Of a stretch of 64,000 nt of DNA, positions 25,961-39,839 are shown in pieces. The first letter of the stretch is position 1; each line of letters starts with the position of its first letter. The DNA is taken from assembly GCF_006345805.1 (NCBI RefSeq), contig NC_043005.1, positions 106,764,001 to 106,828,000 on the forward strand, in the 5' to 3' direction. The stretch is from Octopus sinensis. Taxonomy: Eukaryota. The translations under genes were made by a program, and so were the position numbers. The notes under the pieces were generated by a model, which made no database searches, was not told where the DNA came from, and was given only the letters and a program-made list of their open reading frames with translations.

Positions 25961-27729
25961 CCCAAACTTTTGTGCATGTGTGAATGTGCCTGTGTGTAAG
26001 AGAGAGAGAGATAGAAAGAGAGACTGAGAGAGAGAGAGAAAGAGACAGAGATAGAGAGACAAGGTGTGTGGTGAATTTGTGTGTGTTTGTTTCAATTCCT
26101 GTAAAGATTAACATCTTAAGCATACCCATACGTATACTCCACACATCCACCGCAGGTACATATAGTCATAGACCCACTTCCATGCAACGCACTTACACAC
26201 AGATATTGCCGTAACATTGATATGCATAAATCAAATTTAACATCGCGCATAAACTTTCGACTTAATCGAAAATGACATGAAACAGGACAGCTTGTTCCCT
26301 TTATTATAGTGGTCCTGTCAACGTGTCAAAGGGCATTTTACTCATCACTGAAGCCTTAAATTCAGGTGGGCTTAGATCGCCCAGACAGACAGAAAGACAA
26401 TTTCGCAACAACGTCGGCAGAAGAAAGTATATATATGCATGTATGTATGTATTTATGTATGTATGCATGTTTATATGCACCCCCACACACACATATATAA
26501 TATATATATATATAATATATATATTATATATATATATTATATGTACGTAATATTATATATATATATCTATATATATATATATATATTATATATATATATA
26601 TATTATATATAATATATATGTGTATATATTATATATATATATATGTATATTATATTGTATGTACGCTGAATGTATGTATATATAGAGATATATTGCCTTA
26701 CGAAATAAGTCCATTAGGTGAACATTCTCCGCTCTGCCATTTTCCATCGCGAAAAAGACAATTTACCCTCCTTTGTCATCTCCCCTACCGAAATTTCACA
26801 TCTCCGACATTATTACATCACTAACCCTGTGGTCCTTTTTGAAGTATATATTATTTTATGTAAATGTTAGACCTTACATTTGTTGTTGTTGTTGCTTTTA
26901 TCGTCCTTTCTCTTTTATTGTTCAAACTTTTATTTTATTTATTTATTTTATTTATTTATTTGTTTATGTACTTTACATCACTAAATTAAAGGATTTAAAG
27001 AAGACTGACAAACCTACCCACTGTGGATCTAACTATGTACTCTGGCTCCGGGTTAGGTATTCAAAACACTGCACAAATCCCACTAATACTTATATAGACA
27101 AGCATTAAACAGATCATCAAACATATGTACATATATATATTGTATACATATAAATACACACACACGCTCACCACACACACACATATATACGTGTATGTAT
27201 ATTTCTGTGCGAGCTTGCGTGCGTGCGTGTATAGATGCATACATATATATGCATATACACATAATTATATATATATGTATATGTAAAATTTAAAAATCTT
27301 AAGGTAGCAGAAAAATATTTATAGAAAAATTAATGATAAAAGGTTTTTGGCTAATTTTGAAAGAAAATCGGCAATTTATTTACTACCGGAAAGTTCCGCA
27401 CCTGCGCAGAAGATTTGAAAAGTTATAACATATAAACACGAGGCATGTCCTTTATCGCTTCGTGTCTATATGTGAGCTGTGGCATCCTGCTGACGAAGCG
27501 ACACCAATTGTAAGTTAAAATTATTTTATTTTATTTACATAAGATTGCAGAAACTATGCATAGTCCAGGAAAGATAGGATAAATGTTTTCATTTTTCATC
27601 CCCTTTCAGAATTGCAACTATTAGTGGCTTGGAGTTTTAATTGCTCTTTCTAGTGAGTCAGATGTCCTAGTAAGGTCATCTCATATGTTTAAATGTACAC
27701 TGCATTTTTCTATGTGTATGTATAAATAC

Positions 27730-27886
27730 ATCATGGAGTCTCCCGTCGTGTCACATGTCACATGATTGACGAAATGATCGCTGAGCAAGTGTTTTGCTCA
27801 AGAACACAACCCAACGCCCGGTCTGGTAATCGAAACCGCGATCTCGCAATCGTGAGTGCCATGCGCTAACCACAAAGCTATGTGCC
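27730..27886 (-). mobile_element. tRNA-derived SINE head fragment (family D)
   Basis: Minus strand: tgtggttagcgcatggcactcacgattgcgagatcgcggtttcgattaccagaccgggcgttgggttgtgttcttgagcaaaacac. Confidence 0.75.
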
Positions 27887-28323
27887 TTCACAACGTATAT
27901 ATACAAATATATGAATATATATATACGTATATATATATATATATGTATATATATGTGCGCGCGTGTGTGTATGTGTGTGTGAATATATCTGTATATATAC
28001 GTATATATATACATACAAACACACATATATATTATATGTAAAAATATATATATATATATATTATATATATATATATATATATAAATGTATATATATATCT
28101 TTATATATAAATAAGGGATGTGTGTGGGTGTGTGTACGTGAATGCAATTCATGCACGTCCACAAATTAGCACGCATGTTGCTCCAATTTTAGGAGGACAT
28201 TCGTCACGATCCTAGTAGCGGTAAAAATCGATTCTCAACCTTAACTTTTTTCTAATTTTGAAGTTTGCTAAAATAAAATAAGTCCCTCCTTGCCAAAATC
28301 TGTGTGTGTGTGAGTGTGTGTGT

Positions 28324-28354
<31 letters not shown>

Positions 28355-28729
28355 GTTGTATTGATGTATGTGAGTATGTGCGTGTGTGTGTGTGTCACAT
28401 AAGTGACAGCGTTCACCAAAAATGAAAATGAAAAATGTGTTTTTCTTAAACGCAAGATATAGTATTTAAATTTGGGATGTTTTTGAAAGACACTATATTT
28501 CATAATCAGATTATATATAATTTCTCACACAACAATTAAAATATATTTATTTTAAATCATTCATCTTTCTCCTCCCTCTCTCACACACACATCACTTTGG
28601 GCGCGAAAGTGTTTTGCTTTTCTTTTACGCCGAGGAAAAAAGTGTTTTGTTGAGAATTCATTTATTTAACAGAATAGAAACAAAGAGGTAGGTAACAATT
28701 TTTCAGTGAATTACGCAATATAAATGAGT

Positions 28730-29146
28730 CAAATTTCTGAGGCTCCACCACAACACACCACACCCAGTTTCTCGGACCACAAAAAGTGTTTGTAGCTAAT
28801 TAGGAGGCCAGGGTAGTTGATTCCACGTAAAAAAAACCGATTTTTGTCTTAGTGAAAATCGTGCAAGTGTTATCTAAAAAATTGCTTGGAGTTTTACATG
28901 GTAAATTTGAGATTTAAAAAATGTTTTCCACATTCTTAATCTCCGTATTTTTCCACATATATTGAGAAATAGATGTTGAAAAGATCAATGGGTATGGGGG
29001 TGAAATTTCCGAGGTTTCCACCAACCACATCCTGTTTTTCGAACCACAAAAAGGGTTTGTAACATATTAGGAGGCCAGGGTAGTTGATTCCACGCAAAAA
29101 ATCCCATTTGTTTCTTAGTGAAAATCGTGAAAATGTTAATCTAAAC
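28730..29146. repeat. Diverged ~150-bp direct repeat pair (28730-28880 / 29002-29146)
   Basis: Shared core ttaggaggccagggtagttgattccacg...cttagtgaaaatcgtg at about 270-bp spacing. Confidence 0.85.
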
Positions 29147-29214
29147 CATTTTCCATTCATTTCTGTTTATGAAATTCTCTGTACGAAATTTTGCTTTCTT
29201 GGTGGTCAAGGCAA

Positions 29215-29430
29215 ATGATGACTGGCAAAGCAATAGTGCCCTAATGCTGACATTGGATACAATGACCTGATCTACAATAATGCGCAGATTGAAATCGAGG
29301 ATGCCCTGCTCAAAATGGTGGTGAGGGGCAACGTTGAACACATTCGTTTTGCCATCCTCATTGCGACAAGACGTTAACACACTCGCACCAAAGTTACTTC
29401 TGGAGTTGTCGGATGACGCTGATGGCCTTA
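29215..29430 (+). pseudogene. Helitron Rep-helicase remnant (region between the Rep and Pif1 domains)
   Basis: IGYNDLIYNNAQIEIEDALL, then after a frameshift GATLNTFVLPSSLRQD..LLLELSDD. This resembles the Helitron YN.ALI.IED...G..L..FGLP.P motif (recognised from memory). Confidence 0.6.
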
Positions 29431-29687
29431 TATTATCATGTTGAGTATACGGATGCAAATCGTTTGCAGCCGTATACTTAGCATGAAGGAATTGAATGCC
29501 TATATTGTGTATACCTTAAACTATCTCTGACGAGATTCGATTCTCAAAATAATTCATTATTTTATTAACTTTCTGAAGGTCAAGAAATGAAACAGCTGTA
29601 AGGAATGTTGTCAATTTTTTCATTAATAAATAATTTATTAATTATCTCTCTATTTCTTATCTTATTGAAATATATATATATATAGAC

Positions 29688-29744
<57 letters not shown>

Positions 29745-29759
29745 GTATACACACACACA

Positions 29760-29900
29760 TATGGCAGGGCCTACGCTATTGTGTACAAGTCCTTTGACAG
29801 GCTTCCAAGATTTTCCGTCCATCGCATTTCAAACTGTAATTGAACCGAAACCCAGTGATTTCTAAGCCCACCTTTTAGGCATTCAGCTATACCGCGTCCA
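29760..29900 (-). mobile_element. Decayed, internally deleted family A-like SINE head
   Basis: tagctgaatg...ggttcaatt followed by gatggacggaaaatcttggaagcctgtc (compare ggtagacggaaactgaaagaagcccgtc), abutting a TG/TA run. Confidence 0.45.
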
Positions 29901-30570
29901 GCATTGACCTATATCCACAACTAAATTATCAAATATGTCTTTCTTCATTAAAGACAGTGGTGTTTGATTTGAGAATGATTTGACTGGTGTTCATATCAGG
30001 CCGAGTGGCCACAAAGTTTCTACCACTTTTGCTTAGTATCTCTCTCAGGTCGCAGACCGACCATGTCAGGTCAAGAGACCACACTGAGTTGTTTCGAGGG
30101 TTCAGATGCTATTTCGTTTATAGACTATACCTCCAGAATACTATGGCTTCCGTCACATCTACACGTTCTTTCTAATTAATCATTCTCACTGCTGGGAGAC
30201 CTTCAGTTACATCAATGCCATTTACCATCCTGTCTGATCCTTTGTCCCCTACTCTACGGAAAAGCCGAGGATTCACCTTTTTGTGAAGATGTTACCGACA
30301 TTATCTACGCGTTTTAATGTCCACCTTGATACGGTAGCGAGAGTCTTGAAAATTTGATTATAGCGGAAAGTATATTCTTCAAGAGATGAGATGCAGCACG
30401 AATAATGGGTTTTTGAAGAAATTCTCAGCACGGAAGTGCAAGAATGGACAAACGCACAAATACACATGTACACACATACATCTACAAACACACATAGACA
30501 AACTCATACATACATATAAACACACATATATATATAAATGTGTGCCTCTGTGTGTGCATCTATGTATATG

Positions 30571-30601
<31 letters not shown>

Positions 30602-30632
30602 CATGCATACATATATGTACGTATACATGCAT

Positions 30633-30732
30633 NNNNNNNNNNNNNNNNNNNNNNNNNNNNNNNNNNNNNNNNNNNNNNNNNNNNNNNNNNNNNNNNNNNN
30701 NNNNNNNNNNNNNNNNNNNNNNNNNNNNNNNN
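30633..30732. other. Assembly gap (100 N)
   Basis: Exactly 100 Ns, typical of a scaffolding spacer. Confidence 0.99.
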
Positions 30733-31054
30733 CTAAGACTGATACAGGAACACGTGCATAAACAACATTGATACACGGTCACAGTTTTAAACGACATTGA
30801 TTTAAGAAACCTAATTAAACGGAATCAAGTAAAGTCAAATGAATAGATCCCAATACTTGATCAGTAAATTGCTTACATAACACATGATTCGATAACTCAT
30901 TTATAAAATAACTAATGGTTTCGGTAATGATAATTATAAAGAATTTAAATTTACATATAAGGGGACAGATTTTGGTTGGAAAGTTAGTTTGAGTAAACAG
31001 ACATTTAAAATCACATACTTTTTGCAGATTCCAAAGAAAGAAAAGAGTAAAAAG

Positions 31055-31193
31055 GAGTCAGGACTATTGAAAAGGTTGCAAGACGCAACGAAAATTTGAG
31101 GAAAATAAAATAAGAAATAAGTGGAAATTTTACCAGTGAGTGTATTACATTATAAGGCACAAAAAGAAAATGACTCTCCCCAGACACAACAGA
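31055..31193 (+). repeat. Unclassified interspersed repeat 'E' (also 37525-37656 + and 52921-53020 -)
   Basis: Shared aggttgcaag.cgcaacgaaaattt.aggaaaataaaataagaaataagtggaaattt..cc.gtgagtgt.ttacattataaggcacaaaaagaaaatgactctccccagacacaacaga. Confidence 0.85.
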
Positions 31194-31254
31194 GTAAAAA
31201 GGACTTTGTTGGAAATAGCATCTGATGCTTTACCGTTTCTTTCACTCATAATAA

Positions 31255-32335
31255 CAATTATTTCTTAGGCATACGGTCATCAATTTTATAAGAGATGTTT
31301 AGTCGAATCTTTCGACCCCAATACTTAATAGGTATTATATTTTATAGGGCCTTGCAGGTATTTCATTTTATCGACCCCAAAAGAACGAATGTCAAAGTTG
31401 ACTTTGGGGAAATTTCAACTCAGAATGTAGAGAACGTACTTTGTCAGACACTATAACAATTCTTTCAACCAACTGTCCAGCAGTCATTCATAACAGATCT
31501 TCCTTACATTTGTGGCACAAAAGGCCACAAATTTGTGGAAAAAACAATAAAGGACTCTATGAACCCTGAAGAAATGAACGGCTAGGTTGATTTGAACTCA
31601 GAAAGAAAATTAGTCGTTATTCCGATACTCTTCAATGATTCAACCAACCCATTGATTCTTTTTAGAAGAATATTTGTTTCTGCTACAGCCACAAGTCCGG
31701 GAATCACGATGCAGGGTTTTATCGAATATATCAATTCAGTCCAGATCGTCACTGGGTGTAATTTATTTTATTGACCTCCAAATAGAAGGGCAAAGTTGTG
31801 ATCAGTAGAATTTGAATTCAAAAGGAAAGAATTATACCTGAATAGTTACTGTAAGGGATTGTGTGACGTGCACACGGTTCTGTCTATCTACCGACCATTG
31901 CTAATAGTTCGTTTTGCTATAGGCAAAAGGCTGGAATTCAGGGAGCAAGTCCGTTCGATAAAATCAAATCCATTGATCAACTGCTGTTTACTCTATCGAA
32001 TCCCAAAGGGTGAAAGGCAGAATTTGAACACAGAACGGAAATACCACTAAGTATTTTGATAGGCGTGTTGGTGAATCTACCAGCTCGTTCCTCTCGGAGG
32101 CTTGCTAAAGGAAATAATAATAATCCTTTCTATTATCGGCTCAAGGCCTGGCGTTTTGGTTGCGGAGTCTAGTTAGTTATATCGACACCAGTGCTCAAAT
32201 GGTGCTTACTTTATCTACCACGAAAGGATGAAGGGCTAACTCAGCCTCAACGGAATTTGAACGTAGAGACGAATGAAATACTGTTAAGCAATTTTTCCGA
32301 CGTGCTAACACTTCTGCCACAGCACCGCCTTCTTA
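31255..32335 (-). mobile_element. Cluster of five decayed family C SINEs, head-to-tail
   Basis: B-box reverse complements near 31415 (tttcaactcag), 31590 (atttgaactcag), 31810 (atttgaattc), 32020 (atttgaacacag) and 32255 (atttgaacgtag), each with flanking family C sequence. Confidence 0.7.
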
Positions 32336-32904
32336 TTCATCGGAAATTGAACTCAGAATATACAATAGCATATTAAACGATGCAAAGAAATATATCGGAC
32401 ACTGAATCATTTCTAGCAAAGCCTGCAATAAAAATAATATTAATAAAGATAATTATTATTGTAATTTCATTATTGAAAATAAATATGTTCTACTGAAAAC
32501 TCATTCTCTAATGAGCTTTATTCTAGGATAGTTAGAGAATTGGAGCTAGATTTCTCCATTATTCAATAAATTTCCTTTAGGGTGTTGCTGAATATGCATG
32601 TATGTATGTATGTATGTATGTATGTATGTATTATGTATGTATGCATGTATATATGTATGTATGCATGTATGTATATATGTATGTGTGTATGCGAATGTGC
32701 ATACATACGCATATATGTATCTGTATGCATAAATATACATCTATACACACACACATATATTATACTATAAATATATTATAATATATATATATATATATAT
32801 ATATTATAATATATACATACATACCTAAATATCTATATCTATATTATATATATATATATATCTATATTATATATATCTATATATATATCTATCTATATAT
32901 ATAT

Positions 32905-32958
<54 letters not shown>

Positions 32959-33756
32959 TGTGTGTGTATGTATATATGTATTTATCTAAACACATATTTA
33001 AGAATATATATACAACAGAATAATATTTATGCACAAGTCTTTTTCAGTACAGTATGAGAGTAAATGTTAATCTTACAGGCATTTACATTCGTATATATAT
33101 ATATATATATATATAAATAATTGTGTGTATGTATAATGAACATATATATATATATATATAATATATATATATATATACATATTCATACATACACATGTGT
33201 GTATATATCTATATGCATACACGCATATATATGTCTGAGCGTATATATATATATATATAATATATTATATATATATATATAGTCCAGCATATTCACTTAC
33301 ACAATGCCATGCCAAATAATTCATGCTAGTCATGTCAGTTGAAGATATAAAACAGGTTTTTACATCGCTATAAAATATGGATGGATATTTCTAGATACTT
33401 TAGCGTATGAAACACATTGATAACTATTTACGGTATTTATCAGCAAGCAAACTGATAGAATAATAGGCAAGTAATCATATCACATCTAATCCCAGATGGC
33501 GCCCTTATCTACAGAGGTTTTATCCCTTATTATAAGGTTCTACACCAGGGAGTGCAATAATGATTAAAGCCATAACAGATTAATAATTAACTTATCACTT
33601 AGTATAGCCTGGTTACATACAAAGGTTTCTTCATACTGTTTATCTAAACTTTATTGTTTCTCTCCACCTCTTTCTCATTCTCTCACAGTTTTTCTACACA
33701 AACACACACACAAACACACTCACTCGCACACTCACGCACATATATACATATCTTCA

Positions 33757-33793
<37 letters not shown>

Positions 33794-33950
33794 AGTTGCA
33801 TGTAAATCGTGGATCATATCTTCCAGTGTTTGACCTTCTCAGAGATTGTATATATACATATGTTCAACGCACACAATGTCACACATTTCGATATGATATA
33901 TGTTTGTGTCTCTGTTTGCATTTGTGTATGAATGTGTGTGTATATATATA

Positions 33951-34017
<67 letters not shown>

Positions 34018-34049
34018 TATATGTATGTAAGTATATACATATAAATATG

Positions 34050-34095
<46 letters not shown>

Positions 34096-34349
34096 CACAT
34101 ACATATACATATATTATATATATATATATGTATGTATGTATGTAAGTATATACATATAAATATGTATATGTATATATATATATATATTATATATATAATA
34201 TATATGTATATTGATATATATATTATATATATATATACATATATTATATATATATGGCCACTGAAATAATTAAAATTTCTGTACCTATATTTTGTGTAGT
34301 TGTACATGCTGATATTTGAAAACAACTTTATATAATTACTATCTTCAGT

Positions 34350-34351
<2 letters not shown>

Positions 34352-34442
<91 letters not shown>
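34352..34442. repeat. (GATA)n microsatellite
   Basis: Directly visible. Confidence 0.95.
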
Positions 34443-34443
<1 letters not shown>

Positions 34444-34475
34444 TATGTATACAGGTACATGCATGCATACATACC

Positions 34476-35599
34476 ATGTTGGATCAAAAGCTTTTCGGAT
34501 GTTCAGTGATGAATTTTGACAACTTGTATTTCCATGTTATATTATTAATTTAACACAGCTCGTTGTCTAATATTTTCATATATAACATATAAATGATAAT
34601 TTTTATTGTATATTTTACAGCTTTTGTAATGAATAGTGAAAAAATTTGCTAGTAAAGCCAGTTTATGGTACATTTGAAAATAAGATTTGAGTGTAAGTGC
34701 GCGCTGGAAAAGAATTTAATGATGTAGAAGGCTAAAATCATGTGGTAAAACTAGCCCTGAAGGCAACGCAACTTCGGGGAGACATTCTGTTGTGGAAGAT
34801 GTGGCCTTGCTTAAAATGGTTGAACAGCCCAGAACAAGAATTCGTAGATTGTCGACAGTGCATGGTTCTTCACAAAGTGCCATCAATCGACTCTTCCATA
34901 AGATCGGCCTTGACAGCAAACGCTGTCGAAAAACGGGTGAACGTTTGCAAATAGCTGCTGGCAAATACTTGAGATGCCCGTTTTTCGAGATAAATTATCG
35001 TAATCCTAATAAGAGAAATCAATAACCTCGTTCCGATCAGGTTTCAGAAGTTGCTGTCAAACAAAGGCGGTTTGAACAGAAGGTCACGTTGTGTGTTTGG
35101 TGGAATTTCGACTGGGTGCTTGTCAAATATGGTCATACAGTGAATGCTAACCTTTACACTCAACAACTGCAGCAGGTCTCTGATGTTTTGAAAGCCAACA
35201 ACTCGGCATTGGTCAGTCAAGGACCAGCATAACAATGCCCTTCCGCACACTGCCAATATGATCTAGCGCACTCTTAAGGAACTCGAAGGGCTGGAAGTGC
35301 CACCTTAACCAGCATACGGGCCTTGCTTCAGTAGATTACCACATTTACTGAGCCATGACTCATTTCCTACATGGATGAAGGTTCGATAATGTAGATGATG
35401 TTGGAATCGGGGGCCGAGAGATTTTTGGCGCTAAACAAGCTAAATGGTATAAGCGCGGAATCGGGCTCCTAACATAACGATGGCAACAGGCAATAGAAAT
35501 ATGATGGGATATATTTTGATGAATAAACGTTTTTCGTATGTAATTTGTTTGAAATATTAATTAACGTTTGAAATGTGAAAAATATTTCTGACTCAACAT
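34476..35599 (+). mobile_element. Decayed mariner (DD34D) transposon
   Basis: Fragments VALLKMVEQ.PRTRIRRLS..GSSQSAINR; KVTLCVWWNF; TVNANLYTQQLQQV; HNNALPHTA. Weak TIR pair atgttggatcaaaag / tttctgactcaacat. Confidence 0.8.
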
Positions 35600-35895
35600 G
35601 CTGTATATAAATATAAACCACGCGCTGAACAATAGACGTCAAAAGACACTATTACCACCATAAATTCTCCGAGAAAACTACTACATAATAGGTTAGTAGA
35701 AGAAAGAAAATGAATTAAATGATTCTACTCTTTATTATATATATATATATAAGTTCCGTAAAAATTTAGATTCAGATGAATATGGTACTTAAGTTAAATG
35801 CACCAGAAATTGGTATGGTATTATTCACATAATTCAAAATGGGGTGATTACAATCAAAATAAGCAACAAGGATATCCTTATTGTTTATATATATA

Positions 35896-35944
<49 letters not shown>

Positions 35945-36093
35945 TACACATATATATATATACACACATATATCTATATATACATATATTCATATATATG
36001 TACATATATTTATTCATACATACTTACACATAGACGCGCGTGCACACACACACACACACACACACACACAGATTAATTGAGAGACAGATTATG

Positions 36094-36327
36094 CAGGGTC
36101 AGCCAAAAGTCACCTGACTGTAAATCAAAATCATTTAATTCCAAGATTTATTTATTTTTAATAACTGAATGAATTTAATAAAATCATCTAAATATAGATC
36201 ATAATGAAAATTGTTCAAACCGAAATCCTTCTTTTGCGACACTATTTTTCCAAATGAATAAATAAAATCGAATATTAAGTATTTTCGGGATTTTGATTTA
36301 CCGTCGGGTGACTTTTGGCCATCCCTG
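36094..36327. mobile_element. Tc1/mariner-type MITE, 234 bp, ~38-bp TIRs
   Basis: cagggtcagccaaaagtcacctgactgtaaatcaaaatc ... gattttgatttaccgtcgggtgacttttggccatccctg followed by TA. Confidence 0.9.
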
Positions 36328-36457
36328 TATATATATATATATATATATATAGTTATCCGTAATAATGAAGGGTGAAATTAATTAATTTGGAATAATTATC
36401 AATTACACCAAGTAGTCTTCGGCATGTAAAAGCCTCGTTCGAGGAAAATTTAAGTAA

Positions 36458-36739
36458 TACTAAGCAATAAAGGGTTTAGCAACGAATTGCCTTACCACAT
36501 ACCGAATTTAGAAATAGCAGTCAAAGAGTTATAGCTATTTCTTCTACTAAAAAGGGAGATCTCAGTAAAAACAGTAATTGGAAGGCAGACACAAACAGGT
36601 ACCTGTTTGTGTCTGCCTTCCAATTGCTGTTTTTACTGAGATCTCCCTTTTTAGTAGAAGAAATAGCTATAACTCTTTGACTGCTATTTCTAAATTCGTA
36701 TGTGGTAAGGCAATTCGTTGCTAAACCCTTTATTGCTTA

Positions 36740-36742
<3 letters not shown>
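36458..36742. repeat. Spacer-less palindrome, arms 143/142 bp, centre GGTACC at 36600/36601
   Basis: The arms are reverse complements with one substitution and one 1-bp indel. Confidence 0.97.
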
Positions 36743-36791
<49 letters not shown>

Positions 36792-37809
36792 CTTAGTTGT
36801 AGATGTTAACGTAGGTTAATGAATATATAAATGTATATACACATTCGCAAATAATAGCGTTTAAGCATGTGCATATGTGTATGTGTACATGTGTATGTTA
36901 GTGTATGTTTGCATATGTGTTCGCAATCCATATCACTTTTATAAATTATGATTTGCAATCAGTATTTGACCTGGAATTAGAAAGTGTTCCGGGTCATTTA
37001 TAATCATTCACTCCACTCAGGCGACCCAGGCGAGTTAAATCAGACCACGACTTGCGTTACAGCAGCAACAGACCCTGAACTAGCAATCCAAATGCAAAAG
37101 TCCCCTGCTGGCTTTCTCTACATCATCGTTTTCGAACTAAATCGGAGACTTCATTGCCATCCATATTATGCCGATTTGGTTGAAGACTTTACAGAGTCCA
37201 CACGCACGCACACAATCAAACACATACCCCACACATACACACTCACACACACACTCACATAGAAACGCACACACATAACGCATTGCGATACTCACAATTT
37301 GGTATTCGTGGATAAGCCTTCGTCAGGTTCAATTGAACCGGATCACAATTAGAATTTATATATGACTTGTGAGAGTAATTTTTGAATTTTTCTGTTGGTC
37401 GTATTAAGAGTATAACTTAGTCTGATAAAGCAGTGATACCTTATATATACTTCTACCTTATATATACTTTTTTTTGTGTCTTATAATGTAACACACTCAC
37501 TTATTTCTTATTTTTATTTTTCATAAGTCAAGACAGGTTGCAAGGCGCAACGAAAATTTTAGGAAAATAAAAATAAGAAATAAGTGGAAATTTCACCGGT
37601 GAGTGTGTTACATTATAAGGCACAAAAAGAAAATGACTCTCCCCAGACACAACAGAATGTTTCAACACACGAACCCATATAAAGAATCTTGCAAACCAAA
37701 TCCAAAAACGAACAATATAAATATCTTTCTTAATGTATTCCAAGTACTATAAAAACTCCGATTTCTGGAATATTCTCCACCAGACAAAAACAAGTTCTAC
37801 TAACTAGAC

Positions 37810-38183
37810 GCTTACCAACCACATGGTTCGGGTTCAGTCCTACTACGTGGTACCTTGGGAAAGTGTCCTCTACTATAGCTTCGAGCCGACCAAAGCCTTG
37901 TGAGTGAATTTTGTAGGCGGAAACTGAAGAAGCCCGTCGTATATATCTATATGTATATATATATGTGTGTGTTTGTGTGTCTGTGTTTGTCACCCCAACA
38001 TCACTTGACAACCGACGCTGGTGTGTTTACGTCCCCTGTAACTTAGTGGTTCGGCAAAAGAGACTGATAAAATAAGTACTAGGTTTACAAAGAATAAGTC
38101 CTAGGGTCGATTTGCTCAACTAAAGGAGATGCTCCAGCATGGCCACAGTCAAATGACTGAAACAAGTAAAAGAGTCAAAGAGT
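37810..38183 (+). mobile_element. Family A SINE, slightly 5'-truncated
   Basis: gggttcagtcc...ccttgggaaagtg...tgactgaaacaagtaaaagag. Confidence 0.9.
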
Positions 38184-39118
38184 AACTGTTGGCTCTAAAT
38201 ATTTATGCTACATAAATTCTGTTATTTCACCGATGTTTTTCTCTAGTCCGTCCCGATCCAGATGTTTATTGTATTCGATTTGGTAAACATCTCGGTTTTT
38301 CTTCTGGAACATTAGAGTAACTTATTTCATAGTAAACGAGTTACTTTCAAAATGGAAGTAGGTGCTTCAATTAAGGTTCGGTTGCTATGTCTATAAGGAC
38401 CAAATACTATGGCCAGGCTCTTTCGGTGAGTAATAATCAAACTGCTAGATAGTAAACATCGATGGAAAATGAGTTCTTGGATGACCGAAATATTTCGATG
38501 TTTATGCTTATGCAAATCAATTGTATCTGTAATTGATATAAAACCATTTTATTGATAGCATGCATGATAAATATCATTAAACATGTGCTACAACAGACGG
38601 GACTCTTTCCTTATTGCTACATACATGAATACACATACATACACACACACAACACACACACACACACATACATGCACATGTATAAACATGTACGTATACT
38701 TATATTAACATTCATAAATATATATGTACATAAATCATGTTTATATTTACCAGGAGACGTTGTGTCCGTAAGTTTATTTGTGTAACCTAATACACACTTA
38801 TATTCATACTCACGCACACATATATACACAGACAGTCATAGACACATGCTTTTCTGCGTTAAATAGAAAAGGCCATGGAGCAACGTGTACAGTGTAATAG
38901 AGCAACACACCTAGACAGGCTTAGGTAGATTCTGGTCATAATTTCTGTAACAAACCAACTGACAAATTAAAGTGTGAGAGACACAAGCATTTAGTGATAC
39001 GAAAAGAGACAGCGAAGCAGGGAGCTGGTAACAAATGATGAAAAGTGTAGAAGAATGGAGATGGCTGCGGAGGGGGATGAAGAGAAATTTTAATACAGTG
39101 ACAATTTCTCACCATCAC

Positions 39119-39150
<32 letters not shown>

Positions 39151-39469
39151 TTCTCTCTCTCTCAGCATAAATTCCTTCCCCCTCTCTCTTTCTCTCTCTC
39201 TCACTTCTGCTCAGTTTCTCTCACCCCCTTTCTCTTTTACAACCGTTCTCTTCTTTCTGTTCTATTCTTTCCAACCTGATGTAAAAGCTACGCTAAATAA
39301 TTAGCTAACCAACCAGTTTCCACTTTGAAACAACCAAAGGCACACAAACATAAATAAGTATATGTATAAGGGAATATGTAAGTATGTATATCTGTATGTG
39401 CATGTATGCATATATGGGTGCATGCATGCATGGACACGTGTGTGTGTGTATGTATATGTATAAATATAC

Positions 39470-39502
<33 letters not shown>

Positions 39503-39548
39503 CATACATATATGTATATATATATATATGTGTGTATGTTTGTGTGTG

Positions 39549-39579
<31 letters not shown>

Positions 39580-39839
39580 ACATATATGTATATATATATA
39601 TATATATGCATTTCCAATTATATATGTAAGAAATTACATATGCATGTAAGTATATACATGTATGTATTTACAAATTTATATACTTATATATGCCTATACA
39701 TACATACATACATACATTCACACATACGTATATATGTGTGTGCGTGTGTGTGTGTGTGTGTCTATGTGTGCGTGTGTATGCATGCATGTATATATATATA
39801 TATATATATATACGCACATACACATACATATGCATATAC

